Below, in pieces: positions 25,660-38,689 of a stretch of 64,000 nt of DNA. The notes beneath the pieces were generated by a model. The model worked only from the letters and a program-made list of their open reading frames with translations, made no database searches and had not been told where the DNA came from. The DNA is from Scyliorhinus canicula (taxonomy: Eukaryota): the NCBI RefSeq assembly GCF_902713615.1, contig NC_052154.1:81075072-81139071 (forward strand). Reading direction: 5' to 3'. Both the position numbers and the translations under genes were made by a program. Each line of letters opens with the position of its first letter. Within the stretch, counting starts at the first letter, position 1.

Positions 25660-26160
25660 AAAGCTGGCTGCATCATAGCCTGATATGCCACTGCTCAGCC
25701 CAAGACGACAAGAAGCAAGAGGGTCGTGAGCACAGCCCAGTCCATCATACGAACCTGCCTTGCATCCATTGACTCCATCTACACCTGCTGCCTGGGGAAA
25801 GCGGGCAGCATAATCAAAGACCCCTCCCACCCGGGTTACTCACTCTTCCAACTTCTTCCATTGGGCAGGAGATACAAATGTCTGAGAACACGCATGAACA
25901 GACTAAAAAACAGCTTCTTCCCCTCTGTTACCAGATGCCTAAACGACCCTCTTATGGACTTACCATGATTAACACTCCACATCTCTATGCTTCAGCAGAT
26001 GCCGGTGTTATGTCTTTACGTTGTGTATCTTGTGTTGCCCTATTATGTTTTTTCTTTGATTTTCTTTTCTTTTGTACTGAATGATCTGTTGAGCTGCTCC
26101 CAGTAAAATACTTTTCACTGTACATCGGTACACGTGACAATAAACAAATTCAATCCAAAT
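25660..26160 (+). mobile_element. Rex1/Babar-type LINE 3' end, second copy
   Basis: IIKDPSHPGYSLFQLLPLGRRYKCLRTRMNRLKNSFFP; homologous to 16622-17150. Confidence 0.8.
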
Positions 26161-26820
26161 CCAAGCTATGCCATTAGTTTTTGTAACTCTTGTTCTTTTA
26201 AATGTTAGTAAATGGTCGTTGAATGTGTTGCGTTCTATTTATCTCACCAATCACTTTCAAGCGTTCCAAGGCTTTGCGTGGCTTCTGTAACGTTGTATGT
26301 TTGGCAAACTATTATGTAAGTTTAATTGCCTTATACCAAGTACCGACAGGTACAACAAAAAATACTTTAGCAAAGCAGTTGTCTTAGCGCAAACACATTG
26401 ATAAGCGCCCGTTTTATTGAATGAAGTCTTTATATCAATTAGGCATCGCATGCTTTCGTATTTTCAAGTAAAAGCAGACATGAAAATATTCTATACATAA
26501 CACTATATATCTCATATTATATTCTGTAAACCTCGTTGTTAGTTTTAAAGTTAGAAACAACTTTACCATTCCATTATTTGTTTTAACAGTAAAGTAAATC
26601 ATTCCACGTTGCAACGGAGAAGAGGAACAGCGACCTTCAAATGATCTGTAGGCTCAAGATATCAATCATGGGGCATGACAGCATATTATCCTCTGGCTGA
26701 ATAAATATGTAATGACGATATCAAAACATTATTTTATCTAAGCAAAAATAATTGACAACTTAGAGGGCCAGTCAGCCGACTGGGGGAGATGATGTCAATA
26801 GATGATCATCACCCTCAAGA

Positions 26821-26935
26821 AACCAATTAGGAACTGATCATGCTCACCTAGACCAATCACAGATTGATCACGCACCTCTTAAGCCAATTAGGAATTGGCA
26901 TTATTTCATTTAGGCCAATTAGAATGCAATAACAA
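26821..26935 (+). repeat. Diverged ~31-bp tandem repeat (4 units), each unit carrying a CCAAT box
   Basis: CCAAT at 26823, 26853, 26884 and 26915; units start aaccaattagg / gaccaatcac / agccaattagg / ggccaattag. Confidence 0.6.
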
Positions 26936-27030
26936 CCCGATGGGTTGTGACTTGGAATGTGTTAGTAAGCAGAAACTGCCATTGAGCAAATTGCGCAGCA
27001 CGTGACTGCTGGCCACAGATAGTCAGAAGA

Positions 27031-27140
27031 TGGGCAGCACAGTGGCACAGTGGTTAGCACAGTTGCTTATAGGTCTAGGGTTCCAGGTTCAATTCCCGGC
27101 CTGGGTCACTGTCTGTGCGGAGTCTGCACGTTCTACCCGT
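27031..27140 (+). mobile_element. Truncated V-SINE head
   Basis: gggcagcacagtggcacagtggttagc...ggttcaattccc...gggtcactgtctgtgcggagt. Confidence 0.8.
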
Positions 27141-27235
27141 GTCTACGTTAGCATTACAACGAAAAATAGCAAGAAACCATTCTCTTTTAATGAGGATATT
27201 GCCTTTGCTGCAATTACACTGATCTCAGGGCATAA

Positions 27236-30200
27236 TGTCATGTGCGAGTACCTTTAAGAAATGGATGTTTGGGCAATGTACGTTTAAGAAAATGAGCAGC
27301 TCATATTACTGAAGTGATGTCAGAGGGTGGGGGTAGCTGAGTTGAGCTCACTTCTGCTTTTAGTTTCAGTTTGAGAGAGCAGCTGAAAAGTGCCTTGCTG
27401 GTTTGCGGAGAGTTGCATGAAGAAAAATAGCTTGGTGTGTCTGTGTTTGCAGTAAGCTGGATCTGCTGTGATCCCTGCCAGGAAAGACTATCTCTGAATC
27501 ATTTGGGTGATTTAAACTCATAATAGTAATGTCTTTAACCGGATGTGTTTCTGTTTCAAGGTGTTAAGTCTTTTGGAGGTTTGAAGGAACATTTTGAGGG
27601 ATTATTTAGTGTTGTATTATTTTCGGGGTTATCTTTGAAGTAAAGGGTGTTAAGGGATCTAATGTTTATTTAAAAAGGGTAAGTTGAATTCATGGAATAA
27701 ACATTGTTTTGTGTTTAAAAACCCACATGTCCATAATTGTAATACCACACCTGGAGACCAAGCCGTGTGCTTCAAAAGCAACAATACATTAAAGGGAGAG
27801 GTTGGTTGAACTCCATGATACATTTTGGGGTTCTGAAAACTCCGCTCCCATAACAATTGGGGGTTCAAGGGGGTTAAAAGTCTATCTATTGGATTGGCTT
27901 TTGTGAACTTAAGACAGTGAAGGATTGTTGCTTTTCCGGTGTGGTATTTTAGTTTAAGTGTGTTGTGGACAATGGCTCTTTCAGAGGCTCAGATGTTTTT
28001 CGGGTGAAGAATGTCACACGCAGTACCTTACGGATAGAGACGAAATGCAGACTGTTAGATTCGGCAAAAACATTGCAGTTAACATTACCTGACAAAATGC
28101 GAAAAGATGAGGTAATTATGGTGGTTGTTAAGCATTTAATGTTGCCTGAGATAGAGTCTGACTCATTGGAAATGGCACAAATTCAGTTGCAAATTAAACA
28201 AATGGAACATGAGAAAGAATTAAAGTGGCTTGAATACGACAGAGAGAGAGAGATATGAAAAAGGAAGAGAGAGAGGGGGGGGGGGGGGAGAGAGAGAGAG
28301 GAAAAAGAAAAGGAGAGAGAAGAGAGGAGAAAAGAAAGAATAGCCCTAGCAGAACAGAAAGAAAACGAAAGGGAGATAAAGATCATGGGAATAGATAAAG
28401 AGAGGGAGTTTGAACTTCAGGAAATGGCCATGAAACGTGAAAGTCAATTATAATTGGCAGGCATAAAGTTGGATGATAGTGATGAGGATAGTGAGAAGGA
28501 GCGCCATAGTCGAAGGCTTGGTGGGAATCTATTTAAATATGTCCAAGCATTGCCAAAGTTTGACGAGAAGGAAGTGGAAGCCTTTTTCATTTCATTTGAG
28601 AAGGTAGCTAAACAAACGAAATGGCCATAGGACATGCGGGTATTACCGATTCAAACAAAGCTGGTAGGTAGAGCCAGTGAAGTGTTTGCATCACTACCGG
28701 AGGAGGTATCTAGAACGTATGAGGAGGTGAAGAAATCCATCTTAAGTGCATATGAGCTAGTGCCTGAAGCTTATAGACAACGGTTTAGAAATTTAAGGAA
28801 ATAATTTGGTCTTACATACATGGAGTTTGAAAGGCTCAAACAGAGTAATTTTGATAGGTGGATAAGGGTTTTGAAAATAGACCAAACGTATGAAGCTCTC
28901 AGAGAAATTATACGTTTGGAGGAGTTTAAAAATTCAATTCCTGATGTAGTGAGAACTTATGTGTAAGAACAGAGGGTTAAAACTGCGAGATTAGCAGCAG
29001 AAATGGCAGATGATTATGAAATAGTTCATAAATCAAAGATTGGTTTCCGATATCAGTTTCAGCCGGTGAGGAATCGAAATTGGGGACATGAGAAATACCC
29101 AAGTGGTAAACGTAAAGGTAATCTGATGGGAGACAATAAAGAGAGTGTACCTCAGATTAAAAAATAAATCCAGGAGGGTAGAAAAGAAATGAAAAGTTTC
29201 AAATGTTTTCACTGTAATAAACTAGGCCATGTAAAGTCACAGTGTTGGTGGTTGAAGAAAAGCACTGGGAAGGCTGATGTGGTAAAACAGGAAAAGACAG
29301 TGGGATGTGTTGGAGTGATAAAGGAAAGCCCAAGGGAAGCGAAGGAGCTGCAAATGATTGCACAACCTGTTCAAGAAGTAATTGTTAAGAAGGTGCCAGA
29401 CGTCTTTAAAGAATTTAATTGTGTGGGTAAAGTTTACTCATGTGTATCAGGAGGAGCAAGTAAATAAGTCACAATTTTAAGAGATACAGGGACTAGTCAA
29501 TCTTCAATGGTAAGAGATGAGTAATTATGTAGTTTGGGAAGAATGTTGCCAGAAAAGGTGGTGATATGTGGAATTCAGAGTGAGAGGTGTAGCGTTCCAT
29601 TATATAATGGAAAGTCCAGTGAAGAGTGGTGAAGTGGTAGTAGGAGTAATAGAGAAACTATCTTGTCCAGGAATACAGTTTATCTTGGGTAATGATATAG
29701 CTGGATCGTAGGTGGGAGTGATGCCTACTGTGGTTGATAGGCCAGCGGAACATCAGACAACTGAAGGGTTGAAAGACGAATATCCTGGGATTTTCCCGGA
29801 TTGTGTAGTAACCCGGTGGCAAAGTCACAGGTTAAGACAAGAGGAGAAATCAAAGAGTGAAGGTGAAGTTGAAGTGCAATTATCAGAAACGTTTTTTGAT
29901 TAGATAGTTGAAAAAGAATAAGAACAGGTGGAGGATGAGGCAGATATTTTCAGTTCAGGAAAATTGGTGGAGTTACAACAGAAAGATGTAGAAATAAAAC
30001 GGATATATCAGAAAGCACTTACGGAAGAGGAATCTGAGTGAATACCAGAGTGTTATTACCGTGAAAGTGATGTCTTGATGAGAAAATGGAGACGTGTACA
30101 TATGCAGGCGGATGAAAAGTGGGCAGACGTTCATCAAGTAGTATTGCCGGTAGGGTATAGAAAGGAGGTGTTGCAAGTTCAACACGAGGTACCAATGGGA

Positions 30201-33200
30201 GGTCATTTGGGAATCAGGAAAACTCAAGCTAAAATCCAGAAACATTTTTATTGGCCTGGACAACATAAAGATGTAGTTATATTTGGTCAATCATGTCACA
30301 CATGTCAAGTGATAGGGAAACCTCAAGCAGTGATAAAACCAGCGCCCTTAATACCCATTCCAGCATTTGAGGAACCTTTTACGAGGGTCCTAATTGATTG
30401 TGTTGTGCCGCATCCTAAAACAAAATGTGGGAATTAATTATTTTGACTATAATGGTTGTGTCTACTATGTTGCCAAATGCCATTCCAGTACATAATATTA
30501 CAGCTAAAAGGATTGTGGAGGAGTTACATGAATTATTTGCCAGATATGGACTACCGACAGAAATTCAATCGGATCAAGGATCAAATTTTACTTCAAAGTT
30601 ATTCAAATAAGTTATGGATTGTTTAGGAATAAAACAATTTAAATCAACTGCGTATCATCCAGAATCGCAGGGAGGTTTGGAAAGGTGGCATCAGACATTA
30701 AAGACAATGTTCAGGGCGTGTTGTCAAGATTATCCAGAGGATTGGGATAAAGGAATTCCATTCGTATTGTTTGCAATTAGGGATACACCTAATGAGTCTA
30801 CCAAATTTAGTCCTTTTGAACTAATTTTTGATCATGAGGTAAGAGGACCATTTAAGTTGATTAAAGAAAAATTTGTGGGTGAGAAATCGGAAATTACACT
30901 ATTGGATTACGTGTCAAATTTTAGGGAATGATTAAATAGAGTAGGTGAATTGGCTGGACAACACTTGAAAGTTGCACAAAATGTGATGAAACGGGTAGTG
31001 GACAAGAAATCCAAAGTTCGTAGTTTTGTCAGTGGGGATAAAGTTTTAGTGTTGTTACCAGTGGTAGGTGAGCCTTTAAAAGCTAGGTTTTGTGGACCGT
31101 ATTAGATGGAAATGAAATTAAGTGAGGTCAATTATGTGGTTAAAAACACCAGATAGAAGGAAGACTCACCGAGTGTGTTATGTGAATATACTTAAAAGGT
31201 ACTTTGTAAGGGAAGGGGAGAAAAAGGAAGTTTTAATGATTCTAACTCAAAGTGACGAACCAAATCCAGATGACTGTGAATTTGACATACCTTAAATAAA
31301 ATTGGAAAATGAGGATGTTCATAAAAATTGGGATAAATTGGTGAGTTACCTTCCAGAGGAAAAACGCACTGACCTGAAAGACTTATTGATATCACATGGG
31401 CAAGTTTGTAGAGATAAATTGGGAAGTACTAAAGTGGCTATACATGACGTAGATGTGGGAAATGCTGTTCCTATCAAACAATATCCATATAAACTTAATC
31501 CTTTGAACTTGGCACAGGTTAACAGAGAACATAAGAACATAAGAACTAGGAGCAGGAGTAGTCCATCTGGCCCCTCGGGTCTGCTCCGCCATTCAATGAG
31601 ATCATGGCTGATCTTTTGTGGACTCAGCTCCACTTTCCGGCCCGAACACCATAACATTTAATCCCTTTATTCTTCAAAAAACTATCTATCTTTACCTTAA
31701 AAACATTTAATGAAGGAGCCTCAACTGCTTCACTGGGCAAGGAATTCCATAGATTCACAACCCTTTGGTTCCTCTTAAACTCAGTCCTAAATCTACTTCC
31801 CCTTATTTTGAGGCTATGTCCCCTAGTTCTGCTTTCACCCGCCAGTGGAAACAACCTGCCCGCATCTATCCTATCTATTCCCTTCATCATTTTAAATGTT
31901 TGTATAAGATCCCCCCTCATCCTTCTAAATTCCAACGAGTACAGTCCCAGACTACTCAACCTCTCCTCATAATCCAACCCCTTCAGCTCTGGGATTAACC
32001 TAGTGAATCTCCTCCGCACAACCCCCAGTGCCAGTATGTCCTTTCTCAAGTGAGGAGACCAAAACTGAACACAATACTCCAGGTGTGGCCTCACTAACAC
32101 CTTATACAATTGCAACATAGCCTCCCTAGTCTTAAACTCCATCTCTCTAGCAATGAAAGACAAAATTCCATTTGCCTTCTTAATCACCTGTTGCACCTGT
32201 AAACCACTTTTCAGTGACTCATGCACCAGGTCTCTCTGCACAGCGGCATGCTTTAATATTTTATCTTTTAAATAATAATCCCGTTTGCTGTTATTGCTAC
32301 CAAAATGGATAACCTCACATTTGTCAACATTTTATTCCATCTGCCAGACCCTAGCCCATTCACTTAACCTATCCAAATCCCTCTGCAGACTTCCAGTATC
32401 CTCTGCACTTTTCGCTTTACCACTCATCTTAGTGTCATCTGCAAACTTGGACACATTGCCCTTGGTCCCCAACTCCAAATCATCTATGTAAATTGTGAAC
32501 AATTGTGGGCCCAACACGGATCCCTGAGGGACACGACTAGCTACTGATTGCCAACCAGAGAAACACCCTTAATCCCCACTCTTTGCATTCTATTAATTAA
32601 CCAATCCTCTATCCATGCTACTACTTTACCCTTAATGCCATTCATCTTTATCTCATGCAGCAACCTTTTGTGTGGCACTTTGTCAAGGGCTTTCTGGAAA
32701 TCCAGATATACCACATCCATTGGCTCCCCGTTATCTACTGCATTGGTAGTATCCTCAAAAAATTCCACTAAATTTGTTAGGCACGACCTGCCCTTTATGA
32801 ACCCATGCTGCGTCTGCCCAATGGGACAATTTCTATCCAGATGCCTCGCTATTTCTTCCTTGATGATAGATTCCAGCATCTTCCCTACTACCGAAGTTAA
32901 GCTCACTGGCCTATAATTTCCTGCTCTGCGCCTACCTCCTTTTTTAAACAGTGGTGTCACGTTTGCTAATTTCCAATCCACCGGGACCACCCCAGAGTCT
33001 AGTGAATTGTGGTAAATCATCATTAGTGCATCTGCAATTTCCATAGCCATCTCTTTTAGCACTCTGGGATGCATTCCATCAGGAGACTTGTCTACCTTTA
33101 GCCCCATTAGCTTGCCCATCACTACCTCCTTAGTGATAACAATCCTCTCAAGGTCCTCACCTGTCATAGCCTCATTTCTATCAGTCGCTGGCATATTATT

Positions 33201-36200
33201 TGTGTCTTCCACTGTGAAGACCGACCCAAAATACCTGTTCAGTTCCTCAGCCATTTCCTCATCTCCCATTATTAAAACTCCCTTCTCATCCCCTAAAGGA
33301 CCAATATTTACCGTAGCCACTCTTTTTTGTTTTATATATTTGTGAAAACTTTTACTGTCTGTTTTTATATTCTGAGCAAGTTTCCTCTCATACTCTATCT
33401 TACTCTTCTTTATACCTTTTTAGTAGCTTTCTGTTGCCCCCTAAAGATTTCCCAGTCCTCTAGTCTCCCACCAATCTTTGCCAAGGTCGATTTTCCCTCT
33501 TTCTACCGTCCTTCCTTTTTGTTGGTATAAACCTTTGCTGAGCACTGTGAAAAATCGCTTGGAAGTTTCTCCACTGTTCCTCAACTGGTACACCATAAAG
33601 CCTTTGCTCCCAGTCTACCTTAGCTAGTTCTTCACTCATCCCATTGTAATCTCCTTTGTTTAGACACAAAACACTAGTATTTGATTGTACTTTCTCGCCC
33701 TCCATCTGTATTTTAAATTCCACCATATTGTGATCGCTCCTTCTGAGAGGATCCCTAACTATGAGATCATGAAACAATCCTGTCTCATTACACAGGACAA
33801 GATCTAGGACTGCTTGTTCCCTCGTAGGTTCCATTACATACTGTTCTAGGAAATTATCGCGGATACATTCTATAAACTCCTCCTCAAGGTTGCCTTGACC
33901 GACCTGGTTAAACCAATCGACATGCAGATTAAAATCCCCCATGATAACTGCTGTACCATTTCTACATGCATCAGTTATTTCTTTGTTTATTGCCTGCCCC
34001 ACCATAACGTTACTATTTGGTGGCCGATAGACTACTTCTGTCAGTGACTTTTTCGCCTTACTATTCCTGGTTTCCACCCAAATGGATTCAACCTTATCCT
34101 CCGTAGCACCGATGTCATCCCTTACTATTGCCCAGATGTCATCCTTAAATTACAGAGCAACACCACCTCCCTTACCATCCACTCTGTCCTTCCGAATAGT
34201 TTGATACCCTCGGATATTTAACTCCCAGTCGTGACCATCCTTTAACCATGTTTCAGTAATGGCCACTAAATCATAGTCATTCACGATGATTTGTGCCATC
34301 AACTCATTTACTTTATTCCGAATACGACGAGCATTCAGCTAAAGTACATTTGTGTTGTTTTTTTTACTTCCTTTTGCTTCTGTACCTTCCAACTGCCTGC
34401 ATCGGTTCCCACGCCCCTGCAACATTAGTTTAAACCCTCCCCAACAGCTCTAGCAAACACCCCCCCCCCCCCCCCCCCCCCAGGACATCGGTTCCAGTCC
34501 TGCCCAGGTGCAGACCGTCCGGTTTGTACTGGTCCCACCTCCCCCAGAAACGGTCCCAATGCCACAGGAATTTGAATCCCTCCCTCTTGCACCATCTCTC
34601 GAGCCATGCATTCATCCTATCTATCCTGACATTCCTACTCTGACTAGCTCGTGGCACTGGTAGCAATCCTGAGATTACTACCTTTGAGGTCCTACTTTAT
34701 AGTTTAACTCCTAACTCCCTGAATTCCGCTTGTAGGACCTCATCCCGTTTTTTACCTATATCGTTGGTGCCTATGTGCACCACGACAGCTGGCTGTTCAC
34801 CCTACCCCCCCCCCCCCCCCCCGGAGAATGTCCTGCAGCCGCTCCGAGACATCCTTGACCCTTGCACCAGGGAGGCAGCATACCATCCTGGAGTCTCAAT
34901 TGCGTCCACAGAACCGCCTGTCTATTCCCTTTACGATCGAGTCCCCTATCACTATAGCCCTGCCATTTTACTTCCTGCCCTGCTGTGCAGCAGAGCCAGC
35001 CACGGTGCCATGAACCTTGCTGCTGCCTTCCCCTGGTGAGCTATCTCCCCCAACAGTATCCAAAGCGGTATATCTGTTTTGAAGGGAGATGACCGCAGGG
35101 GACACCTGCACTGCCTTCCTACTCTTGCTCTGTCTTTTGGTCACGCATTTGCTATCTCCTTCAGTAACTTTCACCTGCGGTGTGACCAACTCACTAAACG
35201 TGCTATCCACGACCTCCTCAGCATCGCGGATTTTCCAAAGTGAGTCCATCCGCAGCTCCAGAGCCGTCAAGCGGTCTAAAAGGAGCTGGAACTGAGCACA
35301 CCTCTTGCACGTGAAGGAGCCAGGGACAGTGGACATATCCCTGAGCTCCCACATCGCACACGAGGAGCATGACACGGGTCTGGGATCTCCTGCCATGTCT
35401 TAAACCCTAGTTAACTGATACAACTACAATTTCAAAATAAAAATTAATAAATTAGACAATGAAAAGAAAAACAACTTAACAGTCACTTACCAGGGTTAAA
35501 AAGCACCTCCGAAAAAGCACCTTCCCTCACTCTGCATCGAATTACCTCACTGCACCAAATTACCAAGTTGCAATTCCCACTCTGGGTGTGCTTACTCCGG
35601 ATGTGTCTCCTTGAAAAGCGCAAGCTTACTGAGTGCCCTTTCTGTCTGTCTTTTATGCAGACCTCAGCTAACCGATGACTCAAAAAATACCTAAACTTCA
35701 AAGAGAAAAATACAATGTGCCCTTTGTGCCCCTAAATAGGCCTCAGGTGACTGACAGATAACTGCCTCTCAGCAATTAATGTGGGGGCAGCTTCAACCAA
35801 TCATACACTAAGCTACACACTGCACTTTTAACTGAAAAACAGCAGAATTAGATTTTCCACTTACCTTTCCTGATTACCTCACTGCACCAAATTACCAAGT
35901 TGCAATTCCCACTCTGGATGTGCTTCACTCCGGATGTGTCTCCCTGAAAAGCGCAAGCTTACTGAGTGCGCTTTCTGTCTGTCTTTTATGCAGACCTCAG
36001 CTAACTGATGACTCAAAAAGTACCTAAATTTACCAGGGTTAAAAAGCACCTCCGAAAAAGTACCTTCTCTCACTCTGCATCGAATTACCTCACTGCAGAG
36101 AAATCGAGAGTATGCTGAAAAATGGCATAATTGAAGTGGGTTGCAGCCAATGGAGCTCACCCATAGTGATGGTACCTGAACCAGACGGTACCCAACCGTT

Positions 36201-37406
36201 GTGTGTGGACTATCGAAAGGTGAATGCAGTTACAAGAACGGACTCTTACCCTATCCCATGTTTGAAGGATTGCATTGAGAAAGTGGGACAATCTGATTTT
36301 ATTTCCAACTTCCAGACGTGGAAAGAACATTTAAAACATCGTATGGAGTTCTTCTATCAACTTCAGGAGGAGGTTTGGTGATGAACCTAGCCGAAAGTGA
36401 ATTTGGAGAAGCCGAAATCACTTTCCTTGACGAATTTCTGATACCCTCAAGATGAAGGGAAATAATGAGATTTCTTAGCATGAATGGATTTGATCGAGCC
36501 TTTGTGCAAATGTTTTGTGGCGTGATTACTCCACTGATGGACTTGCTGAAGAAACATCAAAAATTTCAATGGACAGCGGACTTTCAACAGGCATGTGACT
36601 GCCTGAAAGCTGTGATAACCGATGTTCCTGTATTGGAGAATTGTAAGGGACTCTGTGATCAGATTGAACTGAAGTATCTTACTTTCAAGAGAATTGCTGA
36701 GGCGTAGAGGAATGGACGGATCGTGCACTGACTTTCTAGTTCAAAGAGACTGTCAATCGAGAAGGATTTCCATTGGAGGAAGAAGAACAGGAAATATGGA
36801 CTTCATTATTATGCCTGTTTGCGTGTGTTTTTGTTTGTGAAACGAAAAAGTATATTTACTGTGTACTTTCTTAGTGGATGGTGCAAAAGTGTAAAATGAA
36901 ACCATCTTGAAGTTGATGGGGTTTTGTTCTTGGGGGGCGGTGTCATGTGAGAGTACCTTTAAGAAATGGATGTTTGGGCAATGTACCTTTAAGAAATGGA
37001 ACAGCTCATATTCCTGAAGTGATGTCAAAGGGTGGGGGTAGCTGAGCTGAGCTCACTTATGCTTTTAGTTTCAGTTTGAGAGAGCAGCTGAAAAGTGCCT
37101 GGCTGGTTTGCTGAGAGCTGCATGAAGAAAAAGAGCTTGGGTGTGTCTGTGCTTGCAGTAAGTTGGATCTACGGTGAGCTCAGCCATGAAAGACTATCTC
37201 TGAATCATTTGGGTGATTTAAACTCATAATAGTAATGTCTTTAAAGTGATGTGTTTATGTTTCAAGGTGTTAAGTCTTTTGGAGGTTTGAAGGAACATTT
37301 GAGGGATTATTTAGTGTTGCATTATTTTCTGTGTTATCTTTGAAGTAAAGGGTTGGTTGAACTCCGCGATACATTTTGTGGTTCTGAAAACGCCGCTCCC
37401 ATAACA
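27236..37406 (+). mobile_element. Gmr1-type Gypsy LTR retrotransposon (gag, PR, IN, RT order), decayed and interrupted by a CR1
   Basis: 5' LTR 27236-27855 and 3' LTR 36941-37406, both TG...CA; 4-bp TSD ataa/atag; PBS-like tgggggttc; PPT ggggggcgg. SCAN-like gag LVPEAYRQRFRNL, CFHCNKLGHVKSQC, protease ILRDTG (~29470), integrase GHLGIRKT/IQSDQGSNF/AYHPESQG (30185-30930), RT WSSPIVMV..PDG...LCVDYRKVN (36103 onward). Confidence 0.92.
31530..36095 (-). mobile_element. Near full-length young CR1 LINE (Zn-finger/esterase ORF1, APE-RT ORF2), inactivated
   Basis: 7-bp TSD cagagaa (31523-31529, 36096-36102); removing the insert restores Gmr1 LAQVNREIESML. ORF1 MAGDPRPVSCSSC...CKRC at 35396, (ATAAGAAC)n tail; deletions and frameshifts. 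Confidence 0.93.
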
Positions 37407-37848
37407 ATAGGAACCGTGGCTATGCAACACATGCTATTTTTCAGGTTGTTGCACTCACCATCTAAATCTATTCTGCTGCAGTAGAGATGGACTATTGAAC
37501 CGTGTTCCTTATTTAGCTTTTCAGGCCCAGGCGTCCGTGTCAATATTTAGCAATGTGTGTGTTAGTAACAGCAAAACACCCGCCAACACTTCAGCTTGTC
37601 TCATGAATACGTTGACCTTTCCACTTCTGTTCGTGCATGTGTCCGATGTTGTTGAGAGTTTAATCTATTTTAGTGGACACCAAAATCAGTCTACCTAAAA
37701 TATACTGGATGCTTCAGGAAAGAAAATATACCGTCCTCACCCGCTGTGGTCTATGTGTGACTGCAACGCCGCAGTAATGTGTTTGTCTCTTAGCTGTGGT
37801 CTGAATTGAACAAGTACCCAATAGTATCAAACTACCACAAAAATAGTT
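37407..37848. repeat. Local duplication copy A, right half (left half 27146-27235, split by the Gmr1 element)
   Basis: Colinear with 38213-38598 once the LTR element is removed. Confidence 0.85.
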
Positions 37849-38060
37849 GAGTTGAGTCCGGAACTCTAAAAATTTACAAAGTGTGAAATAAGAACGTACA
37901 GAGCCACGTGGCTCAGTGTCATTGCAGCAAGAGGCGATGTTCTTATTTTGCCATACAAACCTCTATAGCATTTGTGTAATCCAATGCTGATTTCTTCAGC
38001 ATGCCCAATTTGAATTGTGCCTCCATTGGTGACCCTGCCTTCATTGGTATCTCTAAAGCT

Positions 38061-38172
38061 GGCTGGTTTAGCACACTGGGGTAAATCGCTGGCTTTTAAG
38101 GCAGACGAGCAGCACGGTTCAATTCCCATACCAGCCTCGTGACAATAAGCGATTTTCTTTCTTTCTTCTTTC
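38061..38172 (+). mobile_element. Internally deleted short SINE
   Basis: ggctggtttagcacac...cggttcaattccc...gtgacaataagcgattt. Confidence 0.7.
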
Positions 38173-38212
38173 TAAAGCACGGGCATTATCTTCCTAATCC
38201 ATTCCGCCTGCA

Positions 38213-38598
38213 TACGTCAGCATTACAAGCGAAAATATCAAGAAACCATCCGAATTTAATGAGGATATTGCCTTTGCTGCAATTACACTGATCTCGAGGC
38301 ATTGGAACCGTTGCTATGCAACACTTGCTAATTTTCTGGTTGTTGCACTCACCATCTAAATCTATTCTGCTGCAGCAGAGATGAACTATTGAGCCATGTT
38401 CCTTATTTAGCTTTACAGGCCCACGCGTCCATGTCAATATTTAGCAACGTGTGTTAGTAACAGCAAAACACCCGCCAACACTTCAGCTTGTCTCCTGAAT
38501 GCGTTGACCTTTCAACGCCACAGTAATGTGTTTGTCTCTTAGCTGTGGTCCTAATTGAACAAGCAAGTCACCCAATAGTATCAAACTGCCACAAAATG
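38213..38598. repeat. Local duplication copy B (empty-site paralog, lacks about 150 bp relative to A)
   Basis: tacgtcagcattac...gatctcgaggcattggaaccgttgctatgc... matches A at roughly 90% by eye. Confidence 0.85.
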
Positions 38599-38689
38599 AG
38601 TGCAGCAACAATAAAACACGACCAGCGGCTCAACATCTAACTGAGCACTGGAATTAAACATGAGGAAAACACACCCAACTCACTCTAAA

